Shown here piece by piece: positions 8,994 to 18,612 of a stretch of DNA of 48,342 bases. The notes beneath the pieces are model-generated. The model worked only from the letters and a program-made list of their open reading frames with translations, was not told where the DNA came from and did no database searches. A program made the translations under genes and the position numbers. The first letter of the stretch is position 1. Every line of letters starts with the position of its first letter. The DNA comes from a virus. Lineage: Duplodnaviria; Caudoviricetes. The stretch is from IMG/VR virus record IMGVR_UViG_3300037784_000042, positions 1 to 48,342 of that record; one strand, written 5' to 3'.

Positions 8994-9898
8994 ACTGTTT
9001 TTTCTTTAGACAAACACCTGTAAAGTATCAAATTAAATTTTTCTATTTGGCTCATATCCCTTGTGTTTAATTTAAAAGCACACTCGTCTAAATACGATTG
9101 TAAATGTTTTTCACTTACAGAATGATGTGCGTTTCTAATACTTTTTTTTAATGTAGACCAAACATTTTCTATTGTATTGGTGTGAACATCGCCTCGGACA
9201 TATTCTCTTGTAGAGTGTTCCACAAAATCATGTTTATACCCTTTAATGTTTTTATATCCTGCATATCCGTCAGTGTATATTGTAGAACCTTTTTCAACAT
9301 ATTTTTCTATGATTTCAATCATAGTACTTTTTTTTCTGTCCGGAATAACTTCTATTATAACAAAACCACCTCTTTCAATCAAACCTATAATTGGTGCTTT
9401 TCTAGTAGTTATTCCTCCCCATCTTGTCCATTTATTGCCTTTACTTACAAATGCCTCGTCAACCTCGACAATTCCATTTAATTTTCTTGGTGTCTGATAA
9501 AGACAATACCGTATTTTATTTTGCATCATCCAAGCTGATTTTTGGGTAATGCCTAAATTTCTGGCATATTGAATAGATGATAAGTTCTTTTTGTTTATAG
9601 AGTTTTGATAAATCATAAAAAACCACGATCTAAGAGGTAATTTTGAATTTTCAAAAACACTTCCAAATCTTATAGTGTATTTTTTGTTACAAGACTTGCA
9701 TTTCCAACCTCTATTGGTCTTGTATGGATTAATACAGCCACAATGAGGACAAGCTGGTGTTTCTGAATGAAACATTAACATAGATATATATATTTCACAA
9801 AAATCTTCATTGAATAATTCTAAAAAATCAATAACTCCCAATTCATTTTGTTTTTCTAATTCTTGCGGTGTCATTTTTATTTTTTTTGAGCGTGTCAT
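8990..9898 (-). CDS. IS1595-family (ISXO2-like) DDE transposase
   Basis: Zn ribbon CPHC..CKSC, HTH (ARNLGITQKSAWMM), VEVDEAF, IYTDGY, HTNTIENVWS and HLQSYLDE motifs. Confidence 0.85.
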   Translation of the reverse strand: MTRSKKIKMTPQELEKQNELGVIDFLELFNEDFCEIYISMLMFHSETPACPHCGCINPYKTNRGWKCKSCNKKYTIRFGSVFENSKLPLRSWFFMIYQNSINKKNLSSIQYARNLGITQKSAWMMQNKIRYCLYQTPRKLNGIVEVDEAFVSKGNKWTRWGGITTRKAPIIGLIERGGFVIIEVIPDRKKSTMIEIIEKYVEKGSTIYTDGYAGYKNIKGYKHDFVEHSTREYVRGDVHTNTIENVWSTLKKSIRNAHHSVSEKHLQSYLDECAFKLNTRDMSQIEKFNLILYRCLSKEKTV

Positions 9899-10208
9899 TT
9901 TTATACAGCCCTTTTTCTCCCCCTATTCAAAGCGTTGTTTTAAAAACTTTTTCATAGACAGCTAAAAAGTGCTTGCAAACCCGAAAAGTCCTACTCAATT
10001 TGTTTGAATGAGGGGTCATGGTTGTGAATTGGCACACACAGAGCCACGTTTTTTTTGTCAAAAAAATGCTTTTCGTTTTACTCGACTTTCGGAGTTGCAT
10101 CTCGCTTCATCCTATTAATTCGCCAAAGTTGAGTGATTTTGTTCTTATGCTTGGAGAAGTGGTCAACTGCCTGTTAGTAACTCCACTCCTTGCAGTGAAC
10201 TATCTTGT

Positions 10209-10316
10209 AAAAAGAAACCCCTAGGGTCTGGGAGAGTCGCCTAGGGGTCTTTATATCGTGGGTCTGCGATCCACTCTAAATATTTTTCCTTGAACACCTC
10301 TCCCGTGTTCACAATA
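10209..10316 (-). ncRNA. Leader RNA element A: 5' hairpin, middle hairpin and terminator with complementary loops
   Basis: TGAACAC/GTGTTCA stem with a GGGAGAG loop (minus strand); terminator CCCCTAGG/CCTAGGGG whose loop contains CTCTCCC, followed by a U-tract. Confidence 0.6.
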
Positions 10317-10324
10317 CAAATATA
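10317..10324 (-). promoter_or_regulatory. Bacteroidota sigma -7 box (TATATTTG)
   Basis: Matches TAnnTTTG immediately upstream of element A. Confidence 0.6.
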
Positions 10325-10346
10325 CTATTTTTTATACATACACAAA

Positions 10347-10727
10347 CTATTTTAACTTTAATTCTAATTGACTTAAATCCAAAAAATCTGAAAATTCACG
10401 TTCGCCCCTCTTTTTCCATTGGGCGAATTTTTCTTTTTTACGCTCATAGGCGTTCTGTACCTGCCTCATTGGGTCTGGTTGATGTGTAAGTACCTCATGG
10501 GTGAATCCGTGGTTTTTCGATACTTGTTTTACCTCTATCACGCCCATGTCCAAAAGGTCTGAAACCCTTGCAACAACAGTTTGGAGTTTAATGCCCATAC
10601 CATCCGATATAAGCTGTCTGTTCGTTACATTGTTGTCAATGATATATTTCAATATCCTTGCCATGTCTGATTTTGCTTGGCCGCTTTCCACTTGACGTAG
10701 AAGTGCCTTTAGTCTAGTCTTGCTCAT
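10347..10727 (-). CDS. Winged-HTH DNA-binding protein
   Basis: NRQLISDGMGIKLQTVVARVSDLLDMGVI. Confidence 0.65.
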   Translation of the reverse strand: MSKTRLKALLRQVESGQAKSDMARILKYIIDNNVTNRQLISDGMGIKLQTVVARVSDLLDMGVIEVKQVSKNHGFTHEVLTHQPDPMRQVQNAYERKKEKFAQWKKRGEREFSDFLDLSQLELKLK

Positions 10728-10732
10728 AAATT

Positions 10733-11518
10733 TTAAAATAATTTTTGTTGTATATTATCATAATTTGTTGGCATATTACTCCAAATTGCTTCGGTAGTCT
10801 TATACATAGAACCTTGCATTTCTTTCATTGGCTTAAAATCTAACCAATCGGCTTTTGTATTTTCACATACAATGGTTTGACCTAACCTGTTTTTACACCA
10901 ACCCGAAAGAAATTTAAAGTCAATATCTTTAGTGCTTTTAACATACCATTCACCACCAAATTGATATGGTGGGTCAACATACCAAGTGGCTTTTTGGTTT
11001 TCTATATTTTCATAGCTTCCAAGTTTTATATCCCAATGTCTTATTTTAAATAAATTATCTGCAATTCGCTTTTTTGCGTCACCCCAAGTATTGTAGTCTT
11101 TTGCTGTTTTTTTAGGTTGAGCTGAACCACCATTTATACAAAAACCAATAAGCCATTTTTCTTCGGTGCTTAAATAAAAATCATCTACTGTATCGCCTGT
11201 TTTTAGGTTAGGCAATTCCATTATATCTTTTACACTTGCTTGCTTTAAGTATTTCCATAAATCTACAATTACAGGGTACTTGTCAACTAATAATATATCT
11301 CTTTCAAACCATTTCAAAGAATATCTGGCAGAACCAGCAAAAGGTTCTATTATCTTATCAAATTTTGGTGGGGGATATAAGTCAACCACTTTGCTTTTAC
11401 TTCCGTAATATGACCACATATATACGTTTTTTGAATTTTCGTTATTGTTATCGTTTTCGTCCTGTTCGCATTTGCAGGTGTCGTTGTTCAACCAACAGTC
11501 ACATATTCTATCTTTCAT
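10733..11518 (-). CDS. DNA adenine methyltransferase (D12/Dam-like)
   Basis: YYGSK, EPFAGSA (SAM binding) and YVDPPY (catalytic); the true start may be 11419. Confidence 0.85.
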   Translation of the reverse strand: MKDRICDCWLNNDTCKCEQDENDNNNENSKNVYMWSYYGSKSKVVDLYPPPKFDKIIEPFAGSARYSLKWFERDILLVDKYPVIVDLWKYLKQASVKDIMELPNLKTGDTVDDFYLSTEEKWLIGFCINGGSAQPKKTAKDYNTWGDAKKRIADNLFKIRHWDIKLGSYENIENQKATWYVDPPYQFGGEWYVKSTKDIDFKFLSGWCKNRLGQTIVCENTKADWLDFKPMKEMQGSMYKTTEAIWSNMPTNYDNIQQKLF

Positions 11519-11662
11519 AGGTCAAGTTTCAATTGTTCAACACTTAATTTTTGAATATGTTTCCATACATGTTTTTTGCATAGGACGAAATTTCCTAGTT
11601 TTCCCCCATGATAACAGCATTTTCCTGATGGGATATATGATTTGTTCATAATTCTAACTTTA

Positions 11663-12493
11663 TCAATTAATTTCAATTAATTTCATTCCATAATTATTTA
11701 CTCCTTTTTTAATATTTAAACCATCTACTTTTTTTAATTTATTTTTTTTAAATGGTTTATAATTTACTTGATGATGCCATCTATTAAATTTCCAAACCAC
11801 TTTAACTACGTCAGGATGTTGTTTTTTAAGACTTTCTGCAAATTCACGTCTATTGTCTGTTTTATTATAAATGGAATCAGTATTACCTCCTTTCATTCTC
11901 ATTGTAGTAACTTTTCCAATAAGAAAAGCATTAAAAAGTATTGTGCAGTAACCCATTTTTAAAACTCTTAAACATAAATCCGTATCTTCATTATACAAAC
12001 CTCTCCATCTTAAATTCAAATTATTATCTATAAGTATGCAGGAATAAATCCTAGTATTTAAAGTGAACGGTTTAATAGTGTCGGTTGTTTTACAAAATGA
12101 ATAATAGTTCATTCCACTAATTGGAACATTTTCAAATCTTTCTGTAAAATCCTCACAACACCTAAAAATTGTTCCATCTAATACTTTTGGTTTCATGTTT
12201 CTATTTAACCTATGAAAACCTTCAATATTATCATCTAAAACCCAATGTCTTTTATGTCCAAGATTTAATGAATGTTCCCAAACAAAATTTCTAACAGGTA
12301 CAGACCCCTTACCTAAATTACTAAATGGTGTTATTAATATTTTAGCATCGGGCCATTCTCTTTTATAGTCTTTATATTCCTGTGGTTCTACTACAATAAA
12401 AAAAGGAACATTCATTAGTGTAAGTTCTCTAGCCGTTAAACAATTTTTAGACCTAGATTTGCTTATTACATAAACAGGATATTTAGGGTTCAT
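11663..12493 (-). CDS. TET-associated/GREB1-like GT-A glycosyltransferase (TAGT), putative DNA base glycosylase-transferase
   Basis: YPVYVISKSR, WVLDDN, TRIYSCILI, WRGLYNEDTDL and MKGGNT motifs. Confidence 0.75.
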   Translation of the reverse strand: MNPKYPVYVISKSRSKNCLTARELTLMNVPFFIVVEPQEYKDYKREWPDAKILITPFSNLGKGSVPVRNFVWEHSLNLGHKRHWVLDDNIEGFHRLNRNMKPKVLDGTIFRCCEDFTERFENVPISGMNYYSFCKTTDTIKPFTLNTRIYSCILIDNNLNLRWRGLYNEDTDLCLRVLKMGYCTILFNAFLIGKVTTMRMKGGNTDSIYNKTDNRREFAESLKKQHPDVVKVVWKFNRWHHQVNYKPFKKNKLKKVDGLNIKKGVNNYGMKLIEIN

Positions 12494-12710
12494 GTTTATA
12501 TCTTTTATTTGAATTTTTACCTCTTTCTAATTTTGGGTGCCATATACTTTTAGTTTTTTTAGTAAGTTTTTGGCCAATCAACTTTGAAAATTCAATTAAA
12601 TCTTCTTCTGTTTCAAATCTTACTTTTATAACTGAAAATGGTTTTTTTGCCTCCTGTATAAACTCTGGCATACCATCCCATAAATTACTACCATCAAATA
12701 AATCGCTCAT
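12483..12710 (-). CDS. Small protein typically found beside TAGT genes
   Basis: WDGMPEFIQE..VRFETEED..FSKLIGQKLT..SIWHP. Confidence 0.6.
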   Translation of the reverse strand: MSDLFDGSNLWDGMPEFIQEAKKPFSVIKVRFETEEDLIEFSKLIGQKLTKKTKSIWHPKLERGKNSNKRYKHEP

Positions 12711-12880
12711 AATCCCAATATTTTATCGAGCATTTGTTTCTCGTATTTTGTCAAAGTTACTTTTTCGTTCAGTTTCATTGAAAGGAGTTCAGGGGACATT
12801 CCTATTTTTTGGGCCACCCATTTCTGTGTCCTTCCCTGCTGCTTTATCTTTCTTTTGTAGTAATCGTTAGATTTTTCCAT
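12707..12880 (-). CDS. Cro-like HTH protein (57 aa, absent from the ORF track)
   Basis: MEKSNDYYKRKIKQQGRTQKWVAQKIGMSPELLSMKLN...; ATGA overlap with the downstream gene. Confidence 0.65.
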   Translation of the reverse strand: MEKSNDYYKRKIKQQGRTQKWVAQKIGMSPELLSMKLNEKVTLTKYEKQMLDKILGL

Positions 12881-13097
12881 TGTTGATTTTGCTAGGTATT
12901 TCCAAGTAAGCTGTTTCGTATTCCTCTATCATCTTTTCAGTGGGCAGTTCGTCCAATTCCTTTATCCTTTGACGGATAACGTCCAATCGGTCGTTTATCT
13001 TTATCCTGTCCAGTTCTTTGACCAAATTGTAGTCAAGATGGTTCTGTAAGATGTTAGCCTCATGTTTGAGTTCGTAGATCATCTGTGCCAATGTCAT
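12867..13097 (-). CDS. Hypothetical phage protein
   Basis: Operon-packed ORF. Confidence 0.55.
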   Translation of the reverse strand: MTLAQMIYELKHEANILQNHLDYNLVKELDRIKINDRLDVIRQRIKELDELPTEKMIEEYETAYLEIPSKINNGKI

Positions 13098-13104
13098 TTA
13101 TTGT

Positions 13105-13305
13105 TTATTGTTTAAGTACTTTAAAAATAGACCCTTTGGAGATACATTTCATAACGATTGAAAAGTTCATGTTAATGATAACTGCTGCTGGTTTAACCCC
13201 CCAAAGTGGATGATATACCGATTTTTTGTTTATGGCCAATTCCATTAACTCGTTCGGGCTTTTTACAAAATCACCTTTGTAACAGTTTTTAGATACTCTC
13301 TCCAT
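13105..13305 (-). CDS. Hypothetical phage protein
   Basis: Operon-packed ORF. Confidence 0.55.
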   Translation of the reverse strand: MERVSKNCYKGDFVKSPNELMELAINKKSVYHPLWGVKPAAVIINMNFSIVMKCISKGSIFKVLKQ

Positions 13306-13930
13306 TTTTCAGTTCTTTTAGTTTTTTTTGGTAATATTTTCTAACCTCAATAAGCTGTTCCCTATCCCATTTATGGTCTATTTTCTTGTCAAGTTTGGAC
13401 AATTTCAAAAGTTCGACAACCTTTTCTTTTCCAATTCGTTCAGGAAGTCTTGAAATATACGCAGCTTCGTTACCGTCCTTGTGAATGTTGCATCCGATAC
13501 ACTGACCGTGTATATTGTTTTCGTGAAATCGTATAGTGCTGAACAATTCACTTTTAAAGCAATGTCCTGCTTGAAAATCACTTCTGTAAGGTACTCCACA
13601 ACTGATACACGGCTTTCCTTTGTCACGGGCTTTTATGTAAGTGTGGCAAGCGTTTTTTGTGTTGGTCAAAAGAGTGTTCAATGACTTTCTTTCCTTTTCC
13701 TCTTTTTCAAATTCCTCAAACTCCCTTCGTGGTTTTGTTGCCTTTAATGCTGCTGCTTGCATTTTTTCTTTGCCTTCATTGGTCGAAACAAGCCATTTCT
13801 GATAGCATTTGCAATCTATTCCCAAACCATATTTTGATTTATATGATTTTAGACCGTTTCTTTTTGTGAATGGAAGTGGAGTATTGCAACCATACCCTTT
13901 GGCAACACCAGTACCCTTACATTTTTTCAT
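13289..13930 (-). CDS. ninG: NinG/Rap-family recombination endonuclease
   Basis: YIKARD..PCISCG..FQAGH..RFHENNIHGQCIGCN. Confidence 0.85.
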   Translation of the reverse strand: MKKCKGTGVAKGYGCNTPLPFTKRNGLKSYKSKYGLGIDCKCYQKWLVSTNEGKEKMQAAALKATKPRREFEEFEKEEKERKSLNTLLTNTKNACHTYIKARDKGKPCISCGVPYRSDFQAGHCFKSELFSTIRFHENNIHGQCIGCNIHKDGNEAAYISRLPERIGKEKVVELLKLSKLDKKIDHKWDREQLIEVRKYYQKKLKELKNGESI

Positions 13931-13951
13931 CTTTTTCTCATTTGAGCGATT

Positions 13952-14341
13952 TCAATCAATTTCAATAACAGGAAGTGCCAATATACTACCTTTTAGAACC
14001 ATGCTTCCTATGTTGTTTGCAAACCACTGTCTTATTTTTGGCTTAAAATGATAAGTCCATTTATCATCTTTATTTTTAAAATTTTTTAAAGGATCGCTTA
14101 AAACAATTCTGTACTGCCACTTACCTATTTCACGGTTATAATAATTATCTCTTTCATCTTTTGGATAATTATTTACTTCACAATATAGTTTTACCATAAT
14201 TTCCCAATTTAATGGCGTGTTTTGTTTAAGGCAATCATGTAGAGTTGAAAGAAGTTTTTTCTGTTTGCCATTCAATTGATTGTTTATGCCAACCTTCATC
14301 AATTGAATTTCTTGTCCATTCAATGTTACTATGTTACTCAT
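13952..14341 (-). CDS. Hypothetical phage protein
   Basis: 129-aa ORF in the operon. Confidence 0.6.
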   Translation of the reverse strand: MSNIVTLNGQEIQLMKVGINNQLNGKQKKLLSTLHDCLKQNTPLNWEIMVKLYCEVNNYPKDERDNYYNREIGKWQYRIVLSDPLKNFKNKDDKWTYHFKPKIRQWFANNIGSMVLKGSILALPVIEID

Positions 14342-14623
14342 TTTAAATAACCTGTTTCAAGTTCTGATTCTGTTTTGTTCACATGAATTTGGTAGTTCAT
14401 TGTTTCGAGTTCTTTTTGGATTCTTTCCTTTCCTTGGTCATTGGCCAATGTAACATTGACCCTTCGCATCAAAACACCGTCCTTATAGCAGTCTAAATAT
14501 GTGTTCATAGTTTCATTATATGGAGTTCAATAAATACACAGTAAAGCGTTTTAAACTTTCCATCTGGCAGTATATAAAGCAACCACCTTAGCATATAAGA
14601 TGCAATCAATTTTCTAATTTCTT

Positions 14624-14893
14624 TCATAACACTTCTAAATTAATTTCAACCTTTACGGGCGAGTTTAAAATAAGTTCTTCACGCCCATGATGGACAGTGG
14701 GAACGGATTTAACAGAAACATAGGAAACCCGATAAATCTCCACTTCCTTATGAAATCTGTCAATTACTTCTTTCAGTTCTTTTTCAAGTTCTCTTTTTTT
14801 AGTCTGTATTGCTTCCATGATTAATCTTTGATTTGACTGGAAACATAAATATCCGTTAGGTAAAGAATCAAATAGATCAGTCCTATTGTACAA
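14624..14893 (-). CDS. Hypothetical phage protein (start probably MEAIQ)
   Basis: ORF in the operon. Confidence 0.45.
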   Translation of the reverse strand: MYNRTDLFDSLPNGYLCFQSNQRLIMEAIQTKKRELEKELKEVIDRFHKEVEIYRVSYVSVKSVPTVHHGREELILNSPVKVEINLEVL

Positions 14894-14916
14894 TACGCTT
14901 CCATGATTTTTAGTTT

Positions 14917-15873
14917 TTAGTTTAACGATTTTAAATACTCAATAGCTATCAACCTACGTTCTTTTAATTCTTTTATGAAATCATCGTTTCGATAACTTTT
15001 TTTCTCGATAATCCTTTCTTCCAAGGGTATATCGTTTCCTTCGTCCATCCATTGTTCTTTAGTGTAAAAAAGGTCGTGGTATGGAAAAGCATGGGTGAAT
15101 CGCTCATAATCGAATATGAGCATACGTTCAATGTCCATGCAACGTTTTCTGTACTCGTAATAGTTTTCGTGTTCTTCGTCTGGACAATCCAAAACATAAT
15201 ACTCCTTCAATTTTTCGTTGTTCAGCCCATGTTCGTGAATGTTCACAAGGCAATAGGCAGTTACCCATTCTTCCGCACCAGTAAGGTTCATGTAAACCTG
15301 GTTTTGGCTTTCATAGTCAATGATCAGTTCGTCGCTTGGAAACGGGAAAGTGTCCAATGACCAAGAACATTTTGTATCGTAACCTATTTTATCCCCTTTT
15401 CTCCAAATATCAGGCTCTCCCTCAAAAAAATCATTGTAAAGCCTTTCGGTGTTCTTTGTCAACAATACCCTTTTACCTGTTTTGTTGAGGTACATTTGAT
15501 AGTTGGTGATTGCTTCTTCCTCCTGTGATAATCCTTTCCTTATGTACTTTGTGCTGATATTGAAGTTACGGTTGTAGGTTTCCATCCTGTGGATTTTCCG
15601 TAGTTCATTGGTCATAGTCTTGGGAAGGGTTTTATCTTTTTCTTTTTCATTGAGCAATGCAAGCCTATCTTCCATGTTTTGTGTCAATGGCTTTACTGGT
15701 TTTCCGTTTTCGTCGTTCTCACCCCTTGCATTGGCCATTTTTCTAGACAATAGACCTGCTCTTTCCTCTTTTTCTTTGTCAGTAAGTCCAATAGTACCCA
15801 CAAGAAGTTTGTGCGCTTGACTTGCGCGAAATGTGTATTTATCCCAATCTATTTTTCTGCTCATTATTTTCAA
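14917..15873 (-). CDS. YqaJ/lambda-exonuclease-like PD-(D/E)XK nuclease
   Basis: FRAS, KG..QEEEAI, GEPD, DTKCSW and YESQNQVYM motifs; close to recT. Confidence 0.75.
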   Translation of the reverse strand: MKIMSRKIDWDKYTFRASQAHKLLVGTIGLTDKEKEERAGLLSRKMANARGENDENGKPVKPLTQNMEDRLALLNEKEKDKTLPKTMTNELRKIHRMETYNRNFNISTKYIRKGLSQEEEAITNYQMYLNKTGKRVLLTKNTERLYNDFFEGEPDIWRKGDKIGYDTKCSWSLDTFPFPSDELIIDYESQNQVYMNLTGAEEWVTAYCLVNIHEHGLNNEKLKEYYVLDCPDEEHENYYEYRKRCMDIERMLIFDYERFTHAFPYHDLFYTKEQWMDEGNDIPLEERIIEKKSYRNDDFIKELKERRLIAIEYLKSLN

Positions 15874-16153
15874 GTTGTCTTTTTAGTTTAAAAAATCCAC
15901 GTCCATCTTTTATTGATTTTCCAGTATGCCAACCAGAATAAGGGAAAAACTGTACCGTGTGTCCGTTGTGAATAAAGTTTAATTGGTTTTGTCCAATTAT
16001 ATCAACACAATACCCAAGTTCTTCAAGTGCTTTTTTGCATGAATCAACTCTTTTTGGTTCAAGTTTTAATTGCCTTTCTTTATCAAGTCGCCCCATGTCA
16101 AATAAAAGTATGATCGTTATAATCGTCGTCGTCCAATGGTTCATCTTCTGCAA
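15839..16153 (-). CDS. Hypothetical phage protein (start probably MGRLD)
   Basis: FFPYSGWHTGKSIKDGRG motif. Confidence 0.55.
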   Translation of the reverse strand: MQKMNHWTTTIITIILLFDMGRLDKERQLKLEPKRVDSCKKALEELGYCVDIIGQNQLNFIHNGHTVQFFPYSGWHTGKSIKDGRGFFKLKRQLENNEQKNRLG

Positions 16154-16239
16154 GCCTCTTTATAAGAAACCAAGCAAAGAACGCAAGTAAAGGAAAACAT
16201 ACCGCTGCTATTGAAATTAGTGTTTTCATAGTTATTTTT

Positions 16240-16581
16240 TTAAAAAAAGTCGCTAGGGTTCAATCCTAGATTTTCGTAATTGTCCTCCAATTCTTCCTTG
16301 TTTTCCAAAGATTCTTTTTCTTCAAGTTCCTTCCGTTTGTCGATTATTGTAGATTGCATGACAAGCCTTTGATATTCCGTAGGTTCGCATTCTGTCCAAA
16401 CGTTATTTACCTTTTTCAAATATTCGTCCACGACCAATGAAAACCCGTCCTTGCACTCCCCATAAAAACCTATTGAATAAAACTGCTGGCTAATATCAAA
16501 TGCAATAGTACCAGTCAAATCCCATTCTACGCAATCGGCTTTTTTTATAAGGGTGTCAAATTCTTTTTGTGATAGTTTCAT
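16240..16581 (-). CDS. Hypothetical phage protein
   Basis: ATGA-coupled ORF. Confidence 0.6.
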   Translation of the reverse strand: MKLSQKEFDTLIKKADCVEWDLTGTIAFDISQQFYSIGFYGECKDGFSLVVDEYLKKVNNVWTECEPTEYQRLVMQSTIIDKRKELEEKESLENKEELEDNYENLGLNPSDFF

Positions 16582-16808
16582 AGTCCTAGTTCTAATAGTT
16601 CTTTAACGATTTCCTTGTTCCTTTGCATTGCATTGGAAGTTCTTTCCCAATAATCATAGCCACGGTTCTTTGATACGTTGTAGCCATGCTCTATATGCAA
16701 TAAGTTGTTCCTTTTTAGTGTTATGGTCTGTATGACCTTGGACAATGACATAAAATAGTCAGTTGCCATTACTTTGTCCCTGAATGATTTTATTTCTCCT
16801 GTTTTCAT
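16578..16808 (-). CDS. Hypothetical phage protein
   Basis: ATGA-coupled ORF. Confidence 0.6.
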   Translation of the reverse strand: MKTGEIKSFRDKVMATDYFMSLSKVIQTITLKRNNLLHIEHGYNVSKNRGYDYWERTSNAMQRNKEIVKELLELGL

Positions 16809-17056
16809 TGGTCGGTTATTAAAGTTTCAAAGTTCTTTGTGTTCCAACCTACATTGGTCAATTTTTCAAAAATGAACCTTGCCACGGTTTCAAGGCAAAG
16901 TTTACGGGCTTCGTTATTCGTATTCTCGGCCTCTGACAACAGTAAATGATGATAAGATACCAAACCCTCAACGCTATTTATTTTGTCCAACACGGGCTTT
17001 AAATAAAGCTGTCCGAAAAGAGGTAGGTTTGCCCAAAGTGATATAGGTAGTTCCAT
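16805..17056 (-). CDS. Hypothetical phage protein
   Basis: Coupled to recT by a TAATG overlap. Confidence 0.6.
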   Translation of the reverse strand: MELPISLWANLPLFGQLYLKPVLDKINSVEGLVSYHHLLLSEAENTNNEARKLCLETVARFIFEKLTNVGWNTKNFETLITDQ

Positions 17057-17961
17057 TACTTCTGTTTTTTAAGGATTATCTGTTCTTTGGTGTCAATTTC
17101 TGCGTGGAGTACCTTTTCCGAGTCTGGCACATTTGCCCTTGCAAATTCCACATCTTCCAAGGTCTTAATATCATCTACCAACAATTTCATTCGTTCCAAA
17201 TCTGGGTCGATTTGTGTTGTTTCGTTGTCGGGGTAATTGATTTCTGAAATTTCATCAATATTGTTGAACGATGCCTGGTCTGTTTCTACTGCCGTTTGCA
17301 TTTCAACAGAAAGGGGTGCAAATTTTGACAACAACAATTTCAAAACTGTTTTTTTGGCCATTGAATCAAAATCCGTAGCCCAAAGCCCACCACCTTTTTT
17401 AAAGGTCTGACTAAATTTTTTGCCATGGGCATTTAGTTCTTCATTGCTCATGTACATAGATTTTTCAAATCCATTTACCAAGGCAAAATAAGCTACATAA
17501 CCCACGGTTTTTCTTTTTACACGCTCTTTGTCGTCCTGAATCCAATCAAACTCTATTTCACCGCTTAAACGGTTTTGTGATTTTATTTCACCCTCAACAA
17601 CTTCCGAAACATTTATCGTCTTGAATTGGCCTGATCTTTGGGCAAGCTGGATGAACCCACGATATGAAATTTGAAACTGTGCCTTTACCATATACGAACC
17701 GTCCTTCTGTCTTTCGTTAAAAGGGATGATATAGGCAAACCCTATGTTATTGTTCAATGGAAGGTTTATTGTGGCTGCTGTCATTGCTGCGCCAATTACC
17801 GAATTAGGCTCTGCATTGGCCAACATGGAGTTTGATTTCACAATTTGCAAAACTGATGTTGCAAAGGTGCTTGCCCTTTTCCCTAATATTTCATCCAATC
17901 TGTTTTTTACGTTTTCGGATGAAAGTAAAGTTTGTACTTTTTGTGTTGTTACATTTGACAT
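17056..17961 (-). CDS. recT: RecT-family single-strand annealing protein
   Basis: GFAYIIPF, AQFQISYRGFIQLAQRSGQ and WATDFDSMAKKTVLK. Confidence 0.9.
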   Translation of the reverse strand: MSNVTTQKVQTLLSSENVKNRLDEILGKRASTFATSVLQIVKSNSMLANAEPNSVIGAAMTAATINLPLNNNIGFAYIIPFNERQKDGSYMVKAQFQISYRGFIQLAQRSGQFKTINVSEVVEGEIKSQNRLSGEIEFDWIQDDKERVKRKTVGYVAYFALVNGFEKSMYMSNEELNAHGKKFSQTFKKGGGLWATDFDSMAKKTVLKLLLSKFAPLSVEMQTAVETDQASFNNIDEISEINYPDNETTQIDPDLERMKLLVDDIKTLEDVEFARANVPDSEKVLHAEIDTKEQIILKKQK

Positions 17962-18372
17962 TTTTTACTGATTTTTTAAAGTGAATGTTTTGTTTCCAAG
18001 TATGTGCAATATACATACAATTTAATTATTATTAAATGTTTGAAGCAAGTTTTTTAGTTAAAATTCTGGTTGTAGCCTTACTGCCCTTTCAAGGGTTTTC
18101 TTTTCTTCATAGGACATTTCCTCGAATTTCTTTCCGTGGACGTGCCACTTTCCGTTTTTTACCTCGTACTGTTTGAGGATTATCGGTTGTTCGGGTGTGA
18201 ATAGGTTTTTTATCATTGGTTTAGTTTTTTATAAAATCAATGTTTATGAATAATATATGAATGGTAAAGTCTTTTGTCCATGCCTTATATCCAAGTTGAC
18301 TTCCCCATATTTCAAAGGATATAGGTAATGCCCATGAGCCAAATGTCGTGTAAATTTCAATTGTGTAGTTTT

Positions 18373-18609
18373 TCATTGGTCAATTTCTTTTAGTCGTTCG
18401 ATTATTTTACTTTTTTCCGTGTACCTGTTCTGTATGATGAACATTAAAAGGTCGTTGCTTTGTTTTTTACGCCATTCTATGGGGGTATTTTCGTTTTTTA
18501 TCAATTCATTGGCCAATTCAACCATTTTGTTTTTTTCGTGCCTTAGAACCGTGTTAATTGATTTTAACGTCTTTATCTCCAATTGGCGATTTGATAGTAT
18601 TTTGGTCAT
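18373..18609 (-). CDS. Hypothetical phage protein
   Basis: Operon ORF. Confidence 0.5.
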   Translation of the reverse strand: MTKILSNRQLEIKTLKSINTVLRHEKNKMVELANELIKNENTPIEWRKKQSNDLLMFIIQNRYTEKSKIIERLKEIDQ

Positions 18610-18612
18610 TTT

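Noticed and set aside
10018-10224. Plus-strand 68-aa ORF
   Set aside because: Antisense to the operon, inside a structured non-coding tract, with no recognisable protein features.
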